Position numbers and translations under genes: made by a program
The notes under the pieces: model-generated
What the model was told of the DNA's origin: nothing
Database searches by the model: none
What the model saw: the letters and a program-made list of their open reading frames with translations, nothing else
Part shown: positions 52,290 through 64,000 of the stretch, piece after piece
Position numbering within the stretch: position 1 is the first letter of the stretch
How the letters are laid out: every line of letters starts with the position of its first letter
Assembly: GCF_963921235.1 (NCBI RefSeq)
Contig: NC_086097.1
Location: 114,330,001 to 114,394,000 of the forward strand
From: Mobula hypostoma
Taxonomy: Eukaryota
DNA: 64,000 bases
Direction: 5' to 3'

Positions 52290-52538
52290 GCCCCTAAGAA
52301 ATCCAGCATGGATTCCATCACTGCCTGCAAGGAGTTTGTACGTTCTCACCGTGACTCCATGGGTCTCTCCATATGCTCCAGTTTCCTCCCACATTTCAAA
52401 GATGTATTGGTTGGAAGGTTAATTGGCCATTGTAAACTGTCCCGTGATTAGGCTAGGGTTAAATCGGGAGTTGCTGGGTGGCGCGGCTCGAAGGACCAGA
52501 AGGAACTATTCCGTGCTGTATCACGGTAATTAAGTAAA
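52290..52538 (+). mobile_element. V-SINE copy
   Basis: GGAGTTTGTACGTTCTC.CCGTGACT...TGCTCCAGTTTCCTCCCACA core. Confidence 0.78.
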
Positions 52539-52689
52539 TTCCACCACTTTCCTCAGGCTCTCACCAGCCTCTGAGTGAAGAATTTCACCTTCCACTCTTA
52601 ACCCATGACCTCTAGTTCTGAAAGCATACAGCTTTCATATCTGTGAAGTAGGATGTCGTGCACAATCCTGATTTGATAGAGACAGACGT

Positions 52690-54108
52690 GAAGAAGCACG
52701 GAGGAACATCTGGAGAAACTTCTGAAATGCCCGCTTCGCTGCCGCTGCTACTGTGTGATCGAGAATCTCCGGAGGGGAAGGCCCCGAATTCTAGGCCTTG
52801 CCTATTGCCTGTTGCCAGGGCCAGGGTCAAAGCACTCGGCAGAGAGGTGGTTGGAGGCTCGGAGTTTTTGGACGGACTTGGAGTCCGACTGTGGTTGGAT
52901 ACTTCTGGGACGCCGCATCGGCAAGTTTGCGGCGCTGGAGGTTTACCGTCTGCGTGAGATGATGGGACTTTCGAGAGACTTTGAGATTTACCGTGCCCAT
53001 GGTCTGTTCTTATCAAATTACGGTATTGCTTTGCACTGTGTTACATGCTCAAGGAGATTTTTTTTGTGAGAATGATGTAATGGTCTTTTGGAGGTCACCT
53101 GATGTGATTTTCCCACCGATGTGAGGTCACGTGATGACATGTGCACCACGGGTATATAAGGGTAGACCCCAGATGACGCAGTTAGTTTTTAGTTTTTAGA
53201 TTTCCAGGTAGAACGTGCTGTGTCTCCATTTCTGTTGCGTATTTGTTTTTATGACTCAGTTTCATTTTTAAAATGGAGTGTTGCGTTCTGTTGCAAGATA
53301 CAATATTATTGGACTGGAAATTTTTGCTAGATGTGCTGCTTTACCCTATTCCAGCAGTAGTAGGGGGAGTGAAGACTTTATTGAAGTACAGGACCGAAGG
53401 ATTGAGAGGAGTCGGCATCGTTCCACAGTTTAACAAAGGATCGACCTTATTGAGTCTTCGTTGAAGGAGTAGCGACCTGCATCGAAGGTAACTCTTGCCA
53501 AAGGAGCAAAGAGTTCATGCAAAGATTTGCTCTCTCTATCTAAAAGAATTTAAGGTCAGTTGTTTTAAACTGTTTATTGTGAATCCTTCGGACAGAACCA
53601 GCAGGAAAGTCGCGTCTATGACGAAATCCTTCTCCAGAGAAGTCTCTCCCAATTGAACGTATAAATCTGTTGGACTTTCGAATTTACCATTTTAAGAACT
53701 ATATCTGACTGTATCACATTAAGAACTATTTTTGCATTTAACACTTTAAGAATCAGTGCTGAGTGACGATTTGTTGAACGGTTGCATAACAGTTAACTTC
53801 CGGTTAAAGTTTTTGTTTTTTTTTGTTTTTATGGTTTATCCGTGTTTAATAAATGTTTGGTTGTTTTTATATAACTTGTCTTGATTGATATTCATTGTTG
53901 CCAGTTACATAACAACTGTTGCAACTGTTGCATAATGTTATAATTATGTGGTTTTTGTCAGTTTTTCAGTCTTGGTTTGTCTTGTGTTTCTGTGATATCA
54001 TTCTGGAAAAACATTGTATCATTTCTTAATGCATGCATTACTAAATGACAATAAAAGACGACTGCGTGTCCTCATAATCTAATAATCTAATATAATCTAA
54101 TCTAATAT
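52690..54108 (+). mobile_element. Non-autonomous retroposon (GC-rich head, GACAATAAAA and (ATCTA)n tail) hosting a solo LTR
   Basis: Tail ATGACAATAAAAG...CATAATCTAATAATCTAA. Host sequence TTGCACTG|TTGCA is continuous across the LTR. Confidence 0.55.
53039..53914 (+). mobile_element. Solo LTR
   Basis: TGTTA...TAACA termini with TSD ACTG (53035-53038 / 53915-53918). TATATAAG at ~53153 and AATAAA at ~53848. Confidence 0.88.
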
Positions 54109-54145
54109 TTTAGTGCATTCTCAGAGTTCTAGTGTTCTTTATATT

Positions 54146-54163
54146 TTTATTAAACCATTTATT
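54146..54163 (-). promoter_or_regulatory. Tandem AATAAA polyadenylation signals of the minus-strand gene
   Basis: TTTATT at 54146-54151 and 54158-54163, ~500 nt past the stop at 54656. Confidence 0.6.
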
Positions 54164-54655
54164 TTGTCTGAATGAATCTAGTGGTGACAAGGACAGTTAT
54201 AAAATAAAAATGAAGCCAAGCTCTTGAATAAAATGCAGATCTTCAGCTTTGTTCTTCTGTTTCTACTTGCAAACATGTACAAAAAACGCCTTTGGTTCTC
54301 AGCTGTGCAAACGAACCATGAAGGCTGACTATTCCCCAGCTCCCGTAATCCATTACCAACAACCCGCAGCAAAATTTAGGCCCTAATGCACAAACATTCG
54401 CAAACTTTAATTGATCCAATTGCCAACATGAGTTTCCCTCAATTATTTCACCAGATGAAATGGAATCAAGTTTCAGCTGATAAAGTGAGGAGCCTGTACA
54501 TCAGCACAGCCTGGAAAGACAAGCGGAGTGAGGGTTCTTGAATTTAATCAGCAATGATTATATTTCTATTCCTATTGTTTCTTAAACAGCTTGAAGAGAA
54601 CTATTGCTCTAAATGGATACATTTTATCTTCACTTTTCTTGCATCACTTTTCCAG

Positions 54656-54756
54656 TCAGTTCTCTGTGCTCTGATAGAGAGGGCATTTGAAATGACGCCA
54701 AGTAACCATGGCAACGCGTGCTACAAAGGCGATGCAGGCTATGGCCAGCAGCACAG
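54656..54756 (-). CDS. Uncharacterised multi-pass membrane protein, terminal coding exon
   Basis: TTGTTCCCCCAG|CT GTG...AAC TGA. Encodes (A)VLLAIACIAFVARVAMVTWRHFKCPLYQSTEN*. Phase 1 matches the upstream exon. Confidence 0.9.
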
Positions 54757-54974
54757 CTGGGGGAACAAGACAGCAGTGTTACTTATTTGCAATTCAATTA
54801 TGTAATGAATATAATGTACAATGGGGAAAAAACAGCCAAAATAAAACACGAAAGTCCTTTCACGTGATCTCACTTGGTCTCTGGGTTGTGAGTAGCTATG
54901 AATAACTTCACAATTATTGAATTTTAATAGAACCTGAATACTAAATGCAACAGGATCCTACTGGAGCAACACAC

Positions 54975-55365
54975 CTGCCTATCTCCCCTCTTACCTCTTC
55001 TCTTCTCGCCTGTCTATCACCTCCCCCTGGTGTCCTTCCTCCTCCTCTATCATCCATGGTCCACTCTCTTCTCCTATCAGATTCCTTCTTCTCCAGCCCT
55101 TTAGTTTTTTCACCTATCACCTCCCAACTTCTTACTTCATCCCCCACACATCTGGCTTCATCTATCACCTTCTAACTTGTTCCCCTTCCCCTCTCCCCAG
55201 CTTCTAATTCTGGTTCCCCTCCCCGCCTTCCTTTCCAGTCCTGATGAAGAGTCTCGGCCCGAGACATTGATTGTTTATTCCTTTCCATAGATGCTGGCTG
55301 ACCTGTGAGATCCCCCAGCATTTTGTATGTGCTGCTCTGGATGTCCAGCATCTGCAGAACCTCTG
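54975..55365 (+). mobile_element. Penelope 3' end/terminal repeat with decayed hammerhead motif
   Basis: Pyrimidine-rich tract, then CAGTC-CTGATGA-AGAGTCTCGGCCC-GAGACATTGA and CCAGCATCTGCAG. Confidence 0.75.
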
Positions 55366-56105
55366 CAGGCTTGTACATCTTTGGAGTGTGGGAGGAAACC
55401 CACGAGGTCATGGGAAGAATATATAAACACCTTTTAATGACTGTGAGAGGAATTTGTATTAGATTGTCTCAGAAATAACTATTGCCGGGCACCCTGAGGG
55501 AGGAAGATTTTTTACATTTCATCAGGTCATTACTAAGCAGCCAGCTCCACCCCATCACTTGTGTGGCTTTGACCCACCCTAATGTATAGTGCTGAGCATA
55601 ATCTGGGGAGACCAGCACCCCAGCCCTCCCCACCATCCCCAAACCTCTCTCTGCCACAGCAACCCATAGGCCCATAAACACCACTACTCTTCCCACCAGC
55701 ATAGTAGGGCCTGACAGCAAGCTGAGACCTAATGGTCATGACCCCACTTGTCCCTCTGAACCTGTGGGAGCTTGTGTAACGCCCCCATCCTCGTAGCATC
55801 AAAGCCATGATGGCCTGAGATCCTGGGAGCCACTGATGCTTAAAGCAGACAGAACAAGACCCCACAGTGTAAAGCCCATCTTGTGCACCAAAATGGAGTT
55901 TTTTTTTTATCTATTAGGGAGGAGGGGAACAGATGGCAGAATTTCAACTTGTCTAATGCTTACTATGGAGAACATCTGAAGTAACTCCCAACACACAACT
56001 GTATCTACTAGCCTCATACTTCCCGTACTCTGGCAGCAATTCTTTGCAACTCACCTTGGGAAGAGTTTTAGGCAGTGACTCTAGGACTTACAGGTCCTTC
56101 TGTAT

Positions 56106-56296
56106 AAACAAGAGATTTTGTAGATGCTGGAAATCCAGAGTAACACACACACAAATGCTGGAGGAGCTCAGCAGATCTGGTGGCATCTATGGAGAAGAGA
56201 AAACCTGCGATAAAGGGTCTCGGCCCAAAACTTCGACGATTTATTCCTCTCCATAGACGCTGTCCGACCTGGTGAGTTCCTCCACTGTTTTGTGGG
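56106..56296. mobile_element. Penelope-derived inverted mini-element
   Basis: AAACAAGAGATTTTGTAGATGCTGG... followed by the inverted arm AAGGGTCTCGGCCCAAAACTTCGAC...GAGTTCCTCCA. Confidence 0.72.
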
Positions 56297-56453
56297 TCTT
56301 TTTGTATGTTATGATAATTCAGCAAATTACTCTGCACTAACTTCAACTTATTCTATAAACTATTACTCAATGATGACTACACTAAACTAATCCAGTACCC
56401 AGTTTCCTATAAACAGTGCACTAATGGATATGAAAGCTATGACATTTACTCAC

Positions 56454-56593
56454 CGATATAAATGTTGTTCCTGGTTGGTGAGGTGGCATTGTAATGATTG
56501 TCCAGAGATCCTGATAATGCCACAATGATAACAGGGTAGATTGTAAGTGTGTATCGCACATATTTATCAAACACAAAATTTTCCAACCCAAAC
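56454..56593 (-). CDS. Uncharacterised multi-pass membrane protein, internal exon
   Basis: 140 nt, TTGTCCATAG|G...ATC G|GTGAGT. Encodes (W)FGLENFVFDKYVRYTLTIYPVIIVALSGSLDNHYNATSPTRNNIYI. Confidence 0.92.
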
Positions 56594-59143
56594 CTATGGA
56601 CAAAAGTTAAAAAAAAAATAATAATTATTAAATTTAATTTAAGTCGCTTTTAAGTCAATATCATAACTTGGCAAAAAGAACATAGCTTTAATGCTACACT
56701 TGGTTTAAAACAAGTAACTCAATAACACTAATTAAAGAGAAGCGTATCATTGCCCAAGTGCAATATTCTTCTGATGCTTGGCCTGTGTCAGTGAATAGCA
56801 GAGAGAACAGCAGCTTACCAGTTTTGACCCCGAATCGCTACTTTGCTGAAGGCACTGGCCAGTGAGTCACTGTCCATTCCTCATTAGCAGTTAGAGAAAT
56901 GGTACAGTAGGTTACCAGATGACAATGCCAGCCCAGGGCTTTTCCAATATTCACATATGTGGTATTGTCATATGTACCAAGACACAGTGCGAAGTTTTTG
57001 TTTGTGTGCTATCCAAGCGTGTACAAGTTAGGGTTAAGCTGTGGGCATGTGACGCTGGCATTGGAAACATGGCAATACTTGCAGGCTGCTCCCATCACAT
57101 CCTCACTGCAAACAATGCATTTCACTGTATGTTTCGATGTACCCGTGACAAATAAAGTTCATCTTAAACCATAAGTCCAGACAGATAGTTCCATACGTTA
57201 GATTTCATAGCCTTGTTTTAAGGGCCTTATGACAATTTTACCCTCTGTATTTTGAGCTGTTCCAAATAGAGTTTAAACCAAGTTGATTAAATTTGCAAAT
57301 ATATTACAGGTGATTGGAGAAAAGTATAGGGGGGATATCAGAGGTAATTTTTTTATACAGTGAGTGCATGGAACATCCTGCCAGGGGTGGTGGTAGAGGC
57401 AAATACATTAGGGACAATGAGAAAACTATTAGATAGGCACATGGATGATAGAAGGATGAAGGGCTATGTCAGAAGGAAGGATTAGATTGATCTTCGAGTA
57501 GGTTGAAAGTTTGGTACAACATTGTTGGCTGTTTTGTTCTATGTCCAATTTTTAAAGTACAATGGCAGATTACACTTAATATACATGATTCATTCATGTA
57601 GCTGAGGATGATGTGAAAAAACACGGAGATATTCCGTTGTTGAAGGTAGTACAGATAAGCTCTAAGAGGTTGCTCATAGGCTTCACAGCTTTGGAGAGTG
57701 AGAAAAGGCTCGAGAACTGCAATTTAACTGCAATAAAAAAATAAGTGGTCTGAGATAGATATAAATATATATAATAAATAAGATTGAAAATGTTAATTTG
57801 GAACCTTAAACTGTGGTAGTAGTTCAGGAATTAAACTCCACAAGTCGCAATATTAGGACCATAGCAGGAGATTACACTCAGTAATCACTGTGCCAAATAG
57901 ACCACTGAACAGAATGGAGAAAGAAATACCTCTTCCAACTATACAATTAGAGATCAGATAAAAATGAGTAAAATGAGTTTTTCAATATAAATTGTTTTTG
58001 ATTTTATTAGTTAAGCAGAGATTGTAGATTTTTTTTAGTGAAGATATGAGTGAAATCTGTTTTTGAATAAAATGCTTGGTTTATGAAACAATAGCCTCTC
58101 ATCTATTTCTAAGCTCTCAATTGACACGAGCTAGTTAAAGTCAGCCCATTGAGTCTTAAACTTCAAATTTAACTAGTGAATCAGTACTGTATTGCTACTG
58201 CAAAACAACAGATTTCACAAAATATGTCCAGTGATAATAAACCTAATTCTGAATCTGAGGAATGTGTGGCGGCATTTGCTGTCTGCCCCCAGCATGTCCA
58301 TAGCTGTGTTGGTTGTTAACACAAACAATGCATTTTACTGTATGTTTTGATGTACGTGTGATAAGTAATTGAATCTGAATCTTTACCCTTAGTCAGGAAC
58401 ACAGAAATAAAATGGGGATTAAAAAGCAGGAGGGGTTTGGCTAAAACACACGAAATACAGGGGGCCTCTCAAAATCCAACCCTACAAGCCAATTGTGGGA
58501 GGTGGAAATGGGTAAGGCTGGCCAGCAGGGCTCTGCTGAAGCTGTACAGGCCAATCTCCTGTACAGTGGATACAATGGATTATAGAAACGTTGACGAACT
58601 CCAACCAGACCATCAACTGGAGGTCATCAATAGCCTGTGCTCCACTGGGAGCTGAGGGCCCAAGAAGAAATACAGAGGAATCTTTGAGAGAATGTAAAGA
58701 GGATATCTGCTTGTGGGTGAATCTCAAACCAATGAGTTTAAGAATAAGAGGATCACCTATTTAAGACAGATGGCATGAAAAACATTTCCTCAGAGAGCTG
58801 CGAATGTTTTGAATTCTGTACCCCAAAAGTTAGTGGAAGTAAAGGCTGAATAATTTTTAAGGCAGAGATACAAAGACGGTTGATAAGAAAGGGAATGAAA
58901 AGTAAGCTGAGGTTATGACTAGATTGACCATGATATTATCAAATAGATAAGTAAGTCTGAGGGTCTTAGTGATCTAATTTGTATGCTCACATGTTGCATT
59001 TTGACTGGGATCTGTGATTTCCAACAGACCAAGAAGTGAGTTAGTTGTTCTTGGTTTGAAGACATTGTGTCATAGGACACAGACCATTTACGTAGACAGA
59101 ATTTCTCTAACCAAATGAGTGAGCACTTCACATTGGTACGTAC

Positions 59144-59292
59144 CATAAGACTACTTCGATGGCCAGGAGAGAAAGGCAAGTTGTACCAGATGTTACCGTG
59201 GAAATATTCGCACTGTAAGTCAGTACAACTGCAAAATTAAGTAGTGTGGCTATGGTTGTCCATGTTGCATAAACAGCTATTCCATTCTGTAC
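59144..59292 (-). CDS. Uncharacterised multi-pass membrane protein, internal exon
   Basis: 149 nt, TTACAG|GTA...TTA TG|GTACGT. Encodes VQNGIAVYATWTTIATLLNFAVVLTYSANISTVTSGTTCLSLLAIEVVL(W). Confidence 0.93.
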
Positions 59293-59733
59293 CTGTAACA
59301 TGCACAAAGGTAAGGAAATGTATCTGCTTAAAGTTCATTTCACGTTGTCCTAAAGTAATACAACCAAGGTAAAGGCATTGCATCCATAGTGGAAGAGATC
59401 ACCAGGACTGAAACTCTTGTACAGCTGCAACATGACTTGCCAAATTTTATACTCATTGCTCAGACTGATGAAGTCAAGCATGATGTACTCCTTCTTTACC
59501 ACTCTATCCATTAATCTTGCCACTATCAGAAATTATAGACCTGCACCTCACAATCTCCCTGCATATCAGTACTCCTAAGGGCTCTACCATCTACTGTATA
59601 CACAAATCTTCATTTCATTCTCTATTGGATCATCTGGGATTTCTAATCATAGAGAAGGTGCTTTTCTCAGAAATTACTGAATCCTTAAAATGATCGCTTT
59701 TTTTTGCCATTATCACGGACAACCATGTAAATA

Positions 59734-60243
59734 TACATTCAGTGGCCACTGTATTAGGTGCATGTCTACAGCTGCTCATTAATGCAAGTGTCTAACTGGC
59801 CAATCATGCGGCAGCAACTCAATGCATAAAAGGATGAAGACATGGTCAACAAGTTCAGTTGTTGTTCAGACCAAACATCAGAACGGGGAAGTGACTTTGA
59901 CCCTGGAATTATTATTGGTGCCAGATGGAGTGGTTTGAGTATCTCAGAACCTGCTGATTTCCTGGGATTTTCACATACAACAGTCTCTGGAGTTCACAGA
60001 GAATGGCGTGAGAAATTTTTTTTAAATCCACTGAGTGGCAGCTCTGTGGGCAAAAACTACTTGTCAACGAGAGTGGTCAGACGAGAAAGACCAGACTGAT
60101 TCAAGCCGACAGGAAGGTGACAGTAACTCAAGTACTCATGCGTTACAACAGTTATGTGCAGAAAGTCACCTCTAAACACACATCATGTCAAAGTGGATAG
60201 GCTATAGCAGCTGAAGACAATGAACATACACTAGGTGGCCAAT
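59734..60243 (+). mobile_element. Tc1-like transposon relic
   Basis: TACATTCAGTGGCCACTGTATTAGG terminus. HTH fragment SDFDPGIIIGARWSGLSISEPADFLGFSHTTVSGVHREW. Confidence 0.75.
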
Positions 60244-60556
60244 ACAATTTTATTTGAAATATTTCTTCCTTATATAGAGACCCTATCTCATTACAGGTGC
60301 CTGATTCCATTTGAGAACCAAGCATGATTCTGTGGTTGAGTAGGAAGCTGAACAATAAACTTAAAGTCACAAAGAATGCAACATAAACCCCTGTCCATTT
60401 CCAGGATCCAATAATAACCCTGAATCACAGATATCTTATGTGCTGTGACAAGCTCTTGTCAAAGACCCCTCCCATCCTTCCCACAATCTCTTTGACCTCC
60501 TACCATCAGGCAGAAGGTACCACAACATAAGAACCAGAAATGGGTGGTAATAAGAA

Positions 60557-60687
60557 TTTGTCTGTCTGTCTGTGTCTTGTTTTACAGCAGTTGGCATCCA
60601 GCTTAATGGTGCATTACCGCCACCTTCTGCTCCGGAATGTGCATTAGACATATAATCTAAATCCCTTCACCCAGTCTCACTTGCACG

Positions 60688-60739
<52 letters not shown>

Positions 60740-61603
60740 TACACTTTACCCTCCCATCTTTGACCATCCTAGTACCCTATTCCTGTTTATCCGTCATATC
60801 CTATAAAAAAACCCCTGTACCCCTTAAGAACGCTAAAAATACCCGGACCTGTGCTCTCTCACCCATGCCCAGCAACCCTTTTAATGTGAATTCCTGAACC
60901 CCCAACTCCCTTAGTTTAATTCTCATCATCTCTCTCTGTATCCCATACTTCCTGCAACACAGAACTACATGTTCTACTGACTCCTCTTCCTGACATTCCT
61001 CACACAATCCTGTCTGGTGTTTCCCTATCATTTTCAATGTTTTGTTTAAAGCACAGTGCCCCAGCCTTAACCTAGTCCACACAGTTTCCTCTCTTCTGTT
61101 TCCATTGCCTACCCTCGTACCTGCAACACTTTTTTGTATTTGATATAAATGCCTCCCTTCCCCCTCCCTGTCCCAGCTTTCTTGCCACATTCGGTTGACT
61201 TTTGCCCAGATTACACACTTAACCTCTGCTTTACTGATACTAATGTGCATTTCTACATTCTCTTTCTTTAATGCCCTCTGTGCCAACTCATCCACCCTCT
61301 CATTTCCCTTCATCACTACATGTGCTGGAACCCATAGAAATTTTACCTGACCTCCCTGATTTGCAATTCTTGTAACTAACTGAAGGACTTCATAAAGTAC
61401 ATCTTGCTGACTGTTTGTGTGAAAAGACCTTAAACTTGCTAGAACTGAGGATGAATCTGAACATATCAATGCTTTGACTTGTTTGGCTTTCTGCACCCAT
61501 TGCAACGTAACCAACACTATCAGCATCTCCACTGTAAACACCCCTAACTTATTAGATGTTCTTCTGCTGATTCCAATTTCTTTTGCTGGTATAACCACCC
61601 CAA
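60557..61603 (-). mobile_element. 5'-truncated I/Nimb-clade LINE with RNase H and C-terminal zinc finger
   Basis: ORF 60801-61652 with ICSDSSSVL, FLWVPAHV..KGNERVDELA, RLRLGH and CEEC...EHVVLCC. (GACA)n tail. Confidence 0.87.
60684..60735. repeat. (GC)n(AC)n microsatellite
   Basis: CACGCGCGCGCGCACACAC... seen directly, within the LINE 3'UTR. Confidence 0.95.
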
Positions 61604-61707
61604 ATAAGAATTTCATAAGAACCCAATGTGTGCAGTGCAAAAATATTTCCAACCAATCTTATGAAGTTTTAGGCAAGACAGCATTTAGGTATTAGATATA
61701 TACATAC

Positions 61708-61852
61708 CAGTATTCTGACAAGCCACAAATCAACCTTTCTGTACTCCTGAAGCCAAGGACCCTGTGTAAATAGGCCACGATAACAGAAGAAAAGAACCAC
61801 ATAATTTGTGAAAGCGATTAATGCCAGGAAAATGAGGGCAAGTATAATGTGC
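61708..61852 (-). CDS. Uncharacterised multi-pass membrane protein, internal exon (upstream exons lie outside the window)
   Basis: 145 nt, TTCTATTTCAG|G CAC...ATA CTG|GTATGT. Encodes HIILALIFLALIAFTNYVVLFFCYRGLFTQGPWLQEYRKVDLWLVRIL. Confidence 0.92.
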
Positions 61853-62049
61853 CTGAAATAGAAGAAAACTTGCTTCAAACAGCAAAAATAGGTAGCACCT
61901 AAATGATAACAGAATTCATGGATGGACAATGCAGATCATTTACAAAAATTTATAATTATTGATTTTCTTTCCACAACTATTTTAAATATCTCTGATCCCA
62001 AGCACATTGTGGAGATTCAACAAATCCCCTTCCTGAATTTACTTACTGA

Positions 62050-62343
62050 TTTATTTACTTCTTTATTTATAGCGGTACAACATGGAATACGTTCCTCTGG
62101 CCCTTTGCCCACATCATTCAGCAATCCCCGACTGACTCCCAGTCTAATTACGGGGACGATTTACAATGACCAATTAACATACCAACCGGTACTTCTTTGG
62201 ACTGTGGGAGGAAACTGGAGCACCCGGAGGAAACCCATACGGTCATGGGGAGATCGTACAAACTCATTACAGGCAGCGGCGGGGACTGAACCCAGGTCAC
62301 TGGTACTATAAAACGTTGTGCTAACCACTACGCTACTGTGCCC
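62050..62343 (-). mobile_element. Full-length tRNA-derived V-SINE
   Basis: Head GGGCACAGTAGCGTAGTGGTTAGC (A box) ... GGGTTCAGTCCC (B box), V-domain core and (TAAA)n tail. Confidence 0.85.
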
Positions 62344-62539
62344 GTCCAAGTAAGCAGTAAAGTAATTGCTACACCAGTATTTGTGGGAGGTACACTGTAG
62401 GAAAGAAAGGGGATATGGTTGTAAGTGTGGTGAACAAAGGTCGTTTTAAACAAAGAGATTGCTTCATTGTTGACCATAAAAAAACAATATTGCACTGGAA
62501 CCTACAACATTTGTGTCAATGAAGACACCAATTTAAACT

Positions 62540-63075
62540 GCACATCTGCTTGTACATGGTCAACATCCCACAATTCCCTGCCTGCTCACTTGTCTAACTA
62601 AATGCCTCCGAAACTTTGCTATTGCATCTGCTTTTGGCAGTGTACTCCAGGCACCCACCACTCTGTTAAAAAAAAATAAACATTCCATATAAATCTTCTT
62701 TAACTTCCCCCCCCCCACCATCTTAAAGCTATGTCCTGTAATATTTAACATTTTCACCTCAGGATAAAGATTCTGAATATCTGCCTTGTCTGTGTCTCCC
62801 ATAGTTTTATATATTGTCAGGTCACCCATCAGCTTCCAGCACTCCAGGGGAAGCAATACAGGTATGTCCAACCTCTCCTAAAAGCCAGTACTCTCTAATC
62901 CAGCAACAACTTGCCGATTCTCTTCTGCAGCCTCTCTGCAGCCTCCACATCCTTCCTATAGGATAGCATGCAGTACTGCAAATGTGGCATAAGCAGAGTT
63001 TCACACAGCTGCAACATTACTTTGTTACGTACATATTCGACACGCCAACCGACGGAGGCAAGCATGCTGTACACC
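62540..63075 (-). mobile_element. Degenerate CR1 3' fragment
   Basis: MGDLTIYK...FFNRVVGAWSTLP. Confidence 0.7.
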
Positions 63076-63079
63076 TTCT

Positions 63080-63980
63080 TTACAAACGATACAAAGATAG
63101 GTGGAAGGGCAGGCAGTGTTGAGGAAGCAGGGAATCTGCAGAAAGGCTTAGATAAGGAGGATGGTAAAGTGGCAGATGGAATACAGTGTAGTGAAGTGTA
63201 TGGTCATGCACTTTGATTGAAGGAATGAATCCAAATGGGGTGCAAATTCAGAAATCCAAGGTGTAATGGGACTTGGGAGTCCTTGTGCAGGATTCCCTAA
63301 AGGTTAACTCGCAAATGAGTCACTAGCAAGGAAGGCAAATGCAATGTTAGCATTCATTTCAAGAGGACTAGAATATAAGAGCAGCGATGTGATTCTGTGG
63401 CTTTTTAAGGCATTGGTCAGACCTCTCAGAGTATTGTGAGCAGTTTTGGGCCCCTTATTTAAGAAAAGATGTGCTGACACTGGAGAGGGTTCAGAGGAGG
63501 TTGAGGAGAATGTTTCTGGGAAGGAAATAGTTAAAGTATGAGGAGTGTTTGATATCTCTGGGCCTATACTCACTGGAGTTTAGGAAAATGATGGGGATCT
63601 CATTCAAACCTATTGAATATTGAAAGGCCTAGATAGAGTGGATGTGGAGAGGGCGTTTTTGAGAATAGAGGAGTCTAGGACCAGAGGGCACAGCCTCTGA
63701 ATACGAGGGCGTCCTTTCAGAACAGAGATGAGGAGGAATTTCCTTAGCCAGAGTGTGCTGAGTCTGTGGAATTCTTTGCCACAGGTGGCTTTGGAGGCCA
63801 AGTCATTGGGTATATTTAAAGAGGCTGCCGATAGGCTCTGATTAGTGAGGGTGTCAAAGGTTATGGAGAGAAGGCAGGAGAATGGGGTTGAGAGGGCTAA
63901 TAAGTCAGCCATGATTTAATGGTGGAGCAGACACAACGAGATGAATGGCCTAATTCTGTTCCTATGTCTTATGGTCTTTA
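63080..63980 (+). mobile_element. CR1 3' fragment
   Basis: DTKIGG and KANAMLAFISRGLEYK motifs. 3' end CCTAATTCTGTTCCTATGTCTTATGGTCTT. Confidence 0.85.
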
Positions 63981-64000
63981 ACATGTGGCTACTTACGTTG

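Noticed and set aside
59084..59214. + strand exon-like stretch ending in GTAAGT
   Set aside because: Overlaps the well-supported minus-strand exon at 59144-59292, and its translation is unrecognisable.
62290..62343. tRNA-like A/B boxes
   Set aside because: This is the head of a V-SINE, not a tRNA gene; no full cloverleaf.

Overview
Repeat-rich vertebrate genomic DNA, most likely from a cartilaginous fish (ray/shark). This is inferred from the mix of CR1, Rex1/Babar, Penelope and V-SINE repeats, not from a database match. There are two convergent host genes. (1) On the + strand are the last four coding exons of microsomal cytochrome b5 (CYB5A): 8285-8413, 16963-16992, 18319-18353 and 18886-18967, all GT-AG and in frame, followed by a probable long 3'UTR. 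(2) On the - strand are the last four coding exons of an uncharacterised multi-pass membrane protein: 61708-61852, 59144-59292, 56454-56593 and 54656-54756. The ORF track largely misses this gene. The rest is mostly nested transposable elements: an L1/Tx1 LINE, Rex1/Babar LINEs, many CR1s (one full length with an esterase ORF1), a Penelope-like element, a Gmr1-type Ty3/gypsy element with integrase upstream of RT, four solo LTRs, hAT and Tc1 relics, RLE-type and RNase H LINE fragments, and V-SINEs. The most notable non-standard feature is a family of short fold-back, Penelope-derived insertions that carry minimal hammerhead-ribozyme motifs. Three have ~13-bp target-site duplications, and they cluster in and after the CYB5A 3'UTR, where one forms a perfect 68-bp palindrome.
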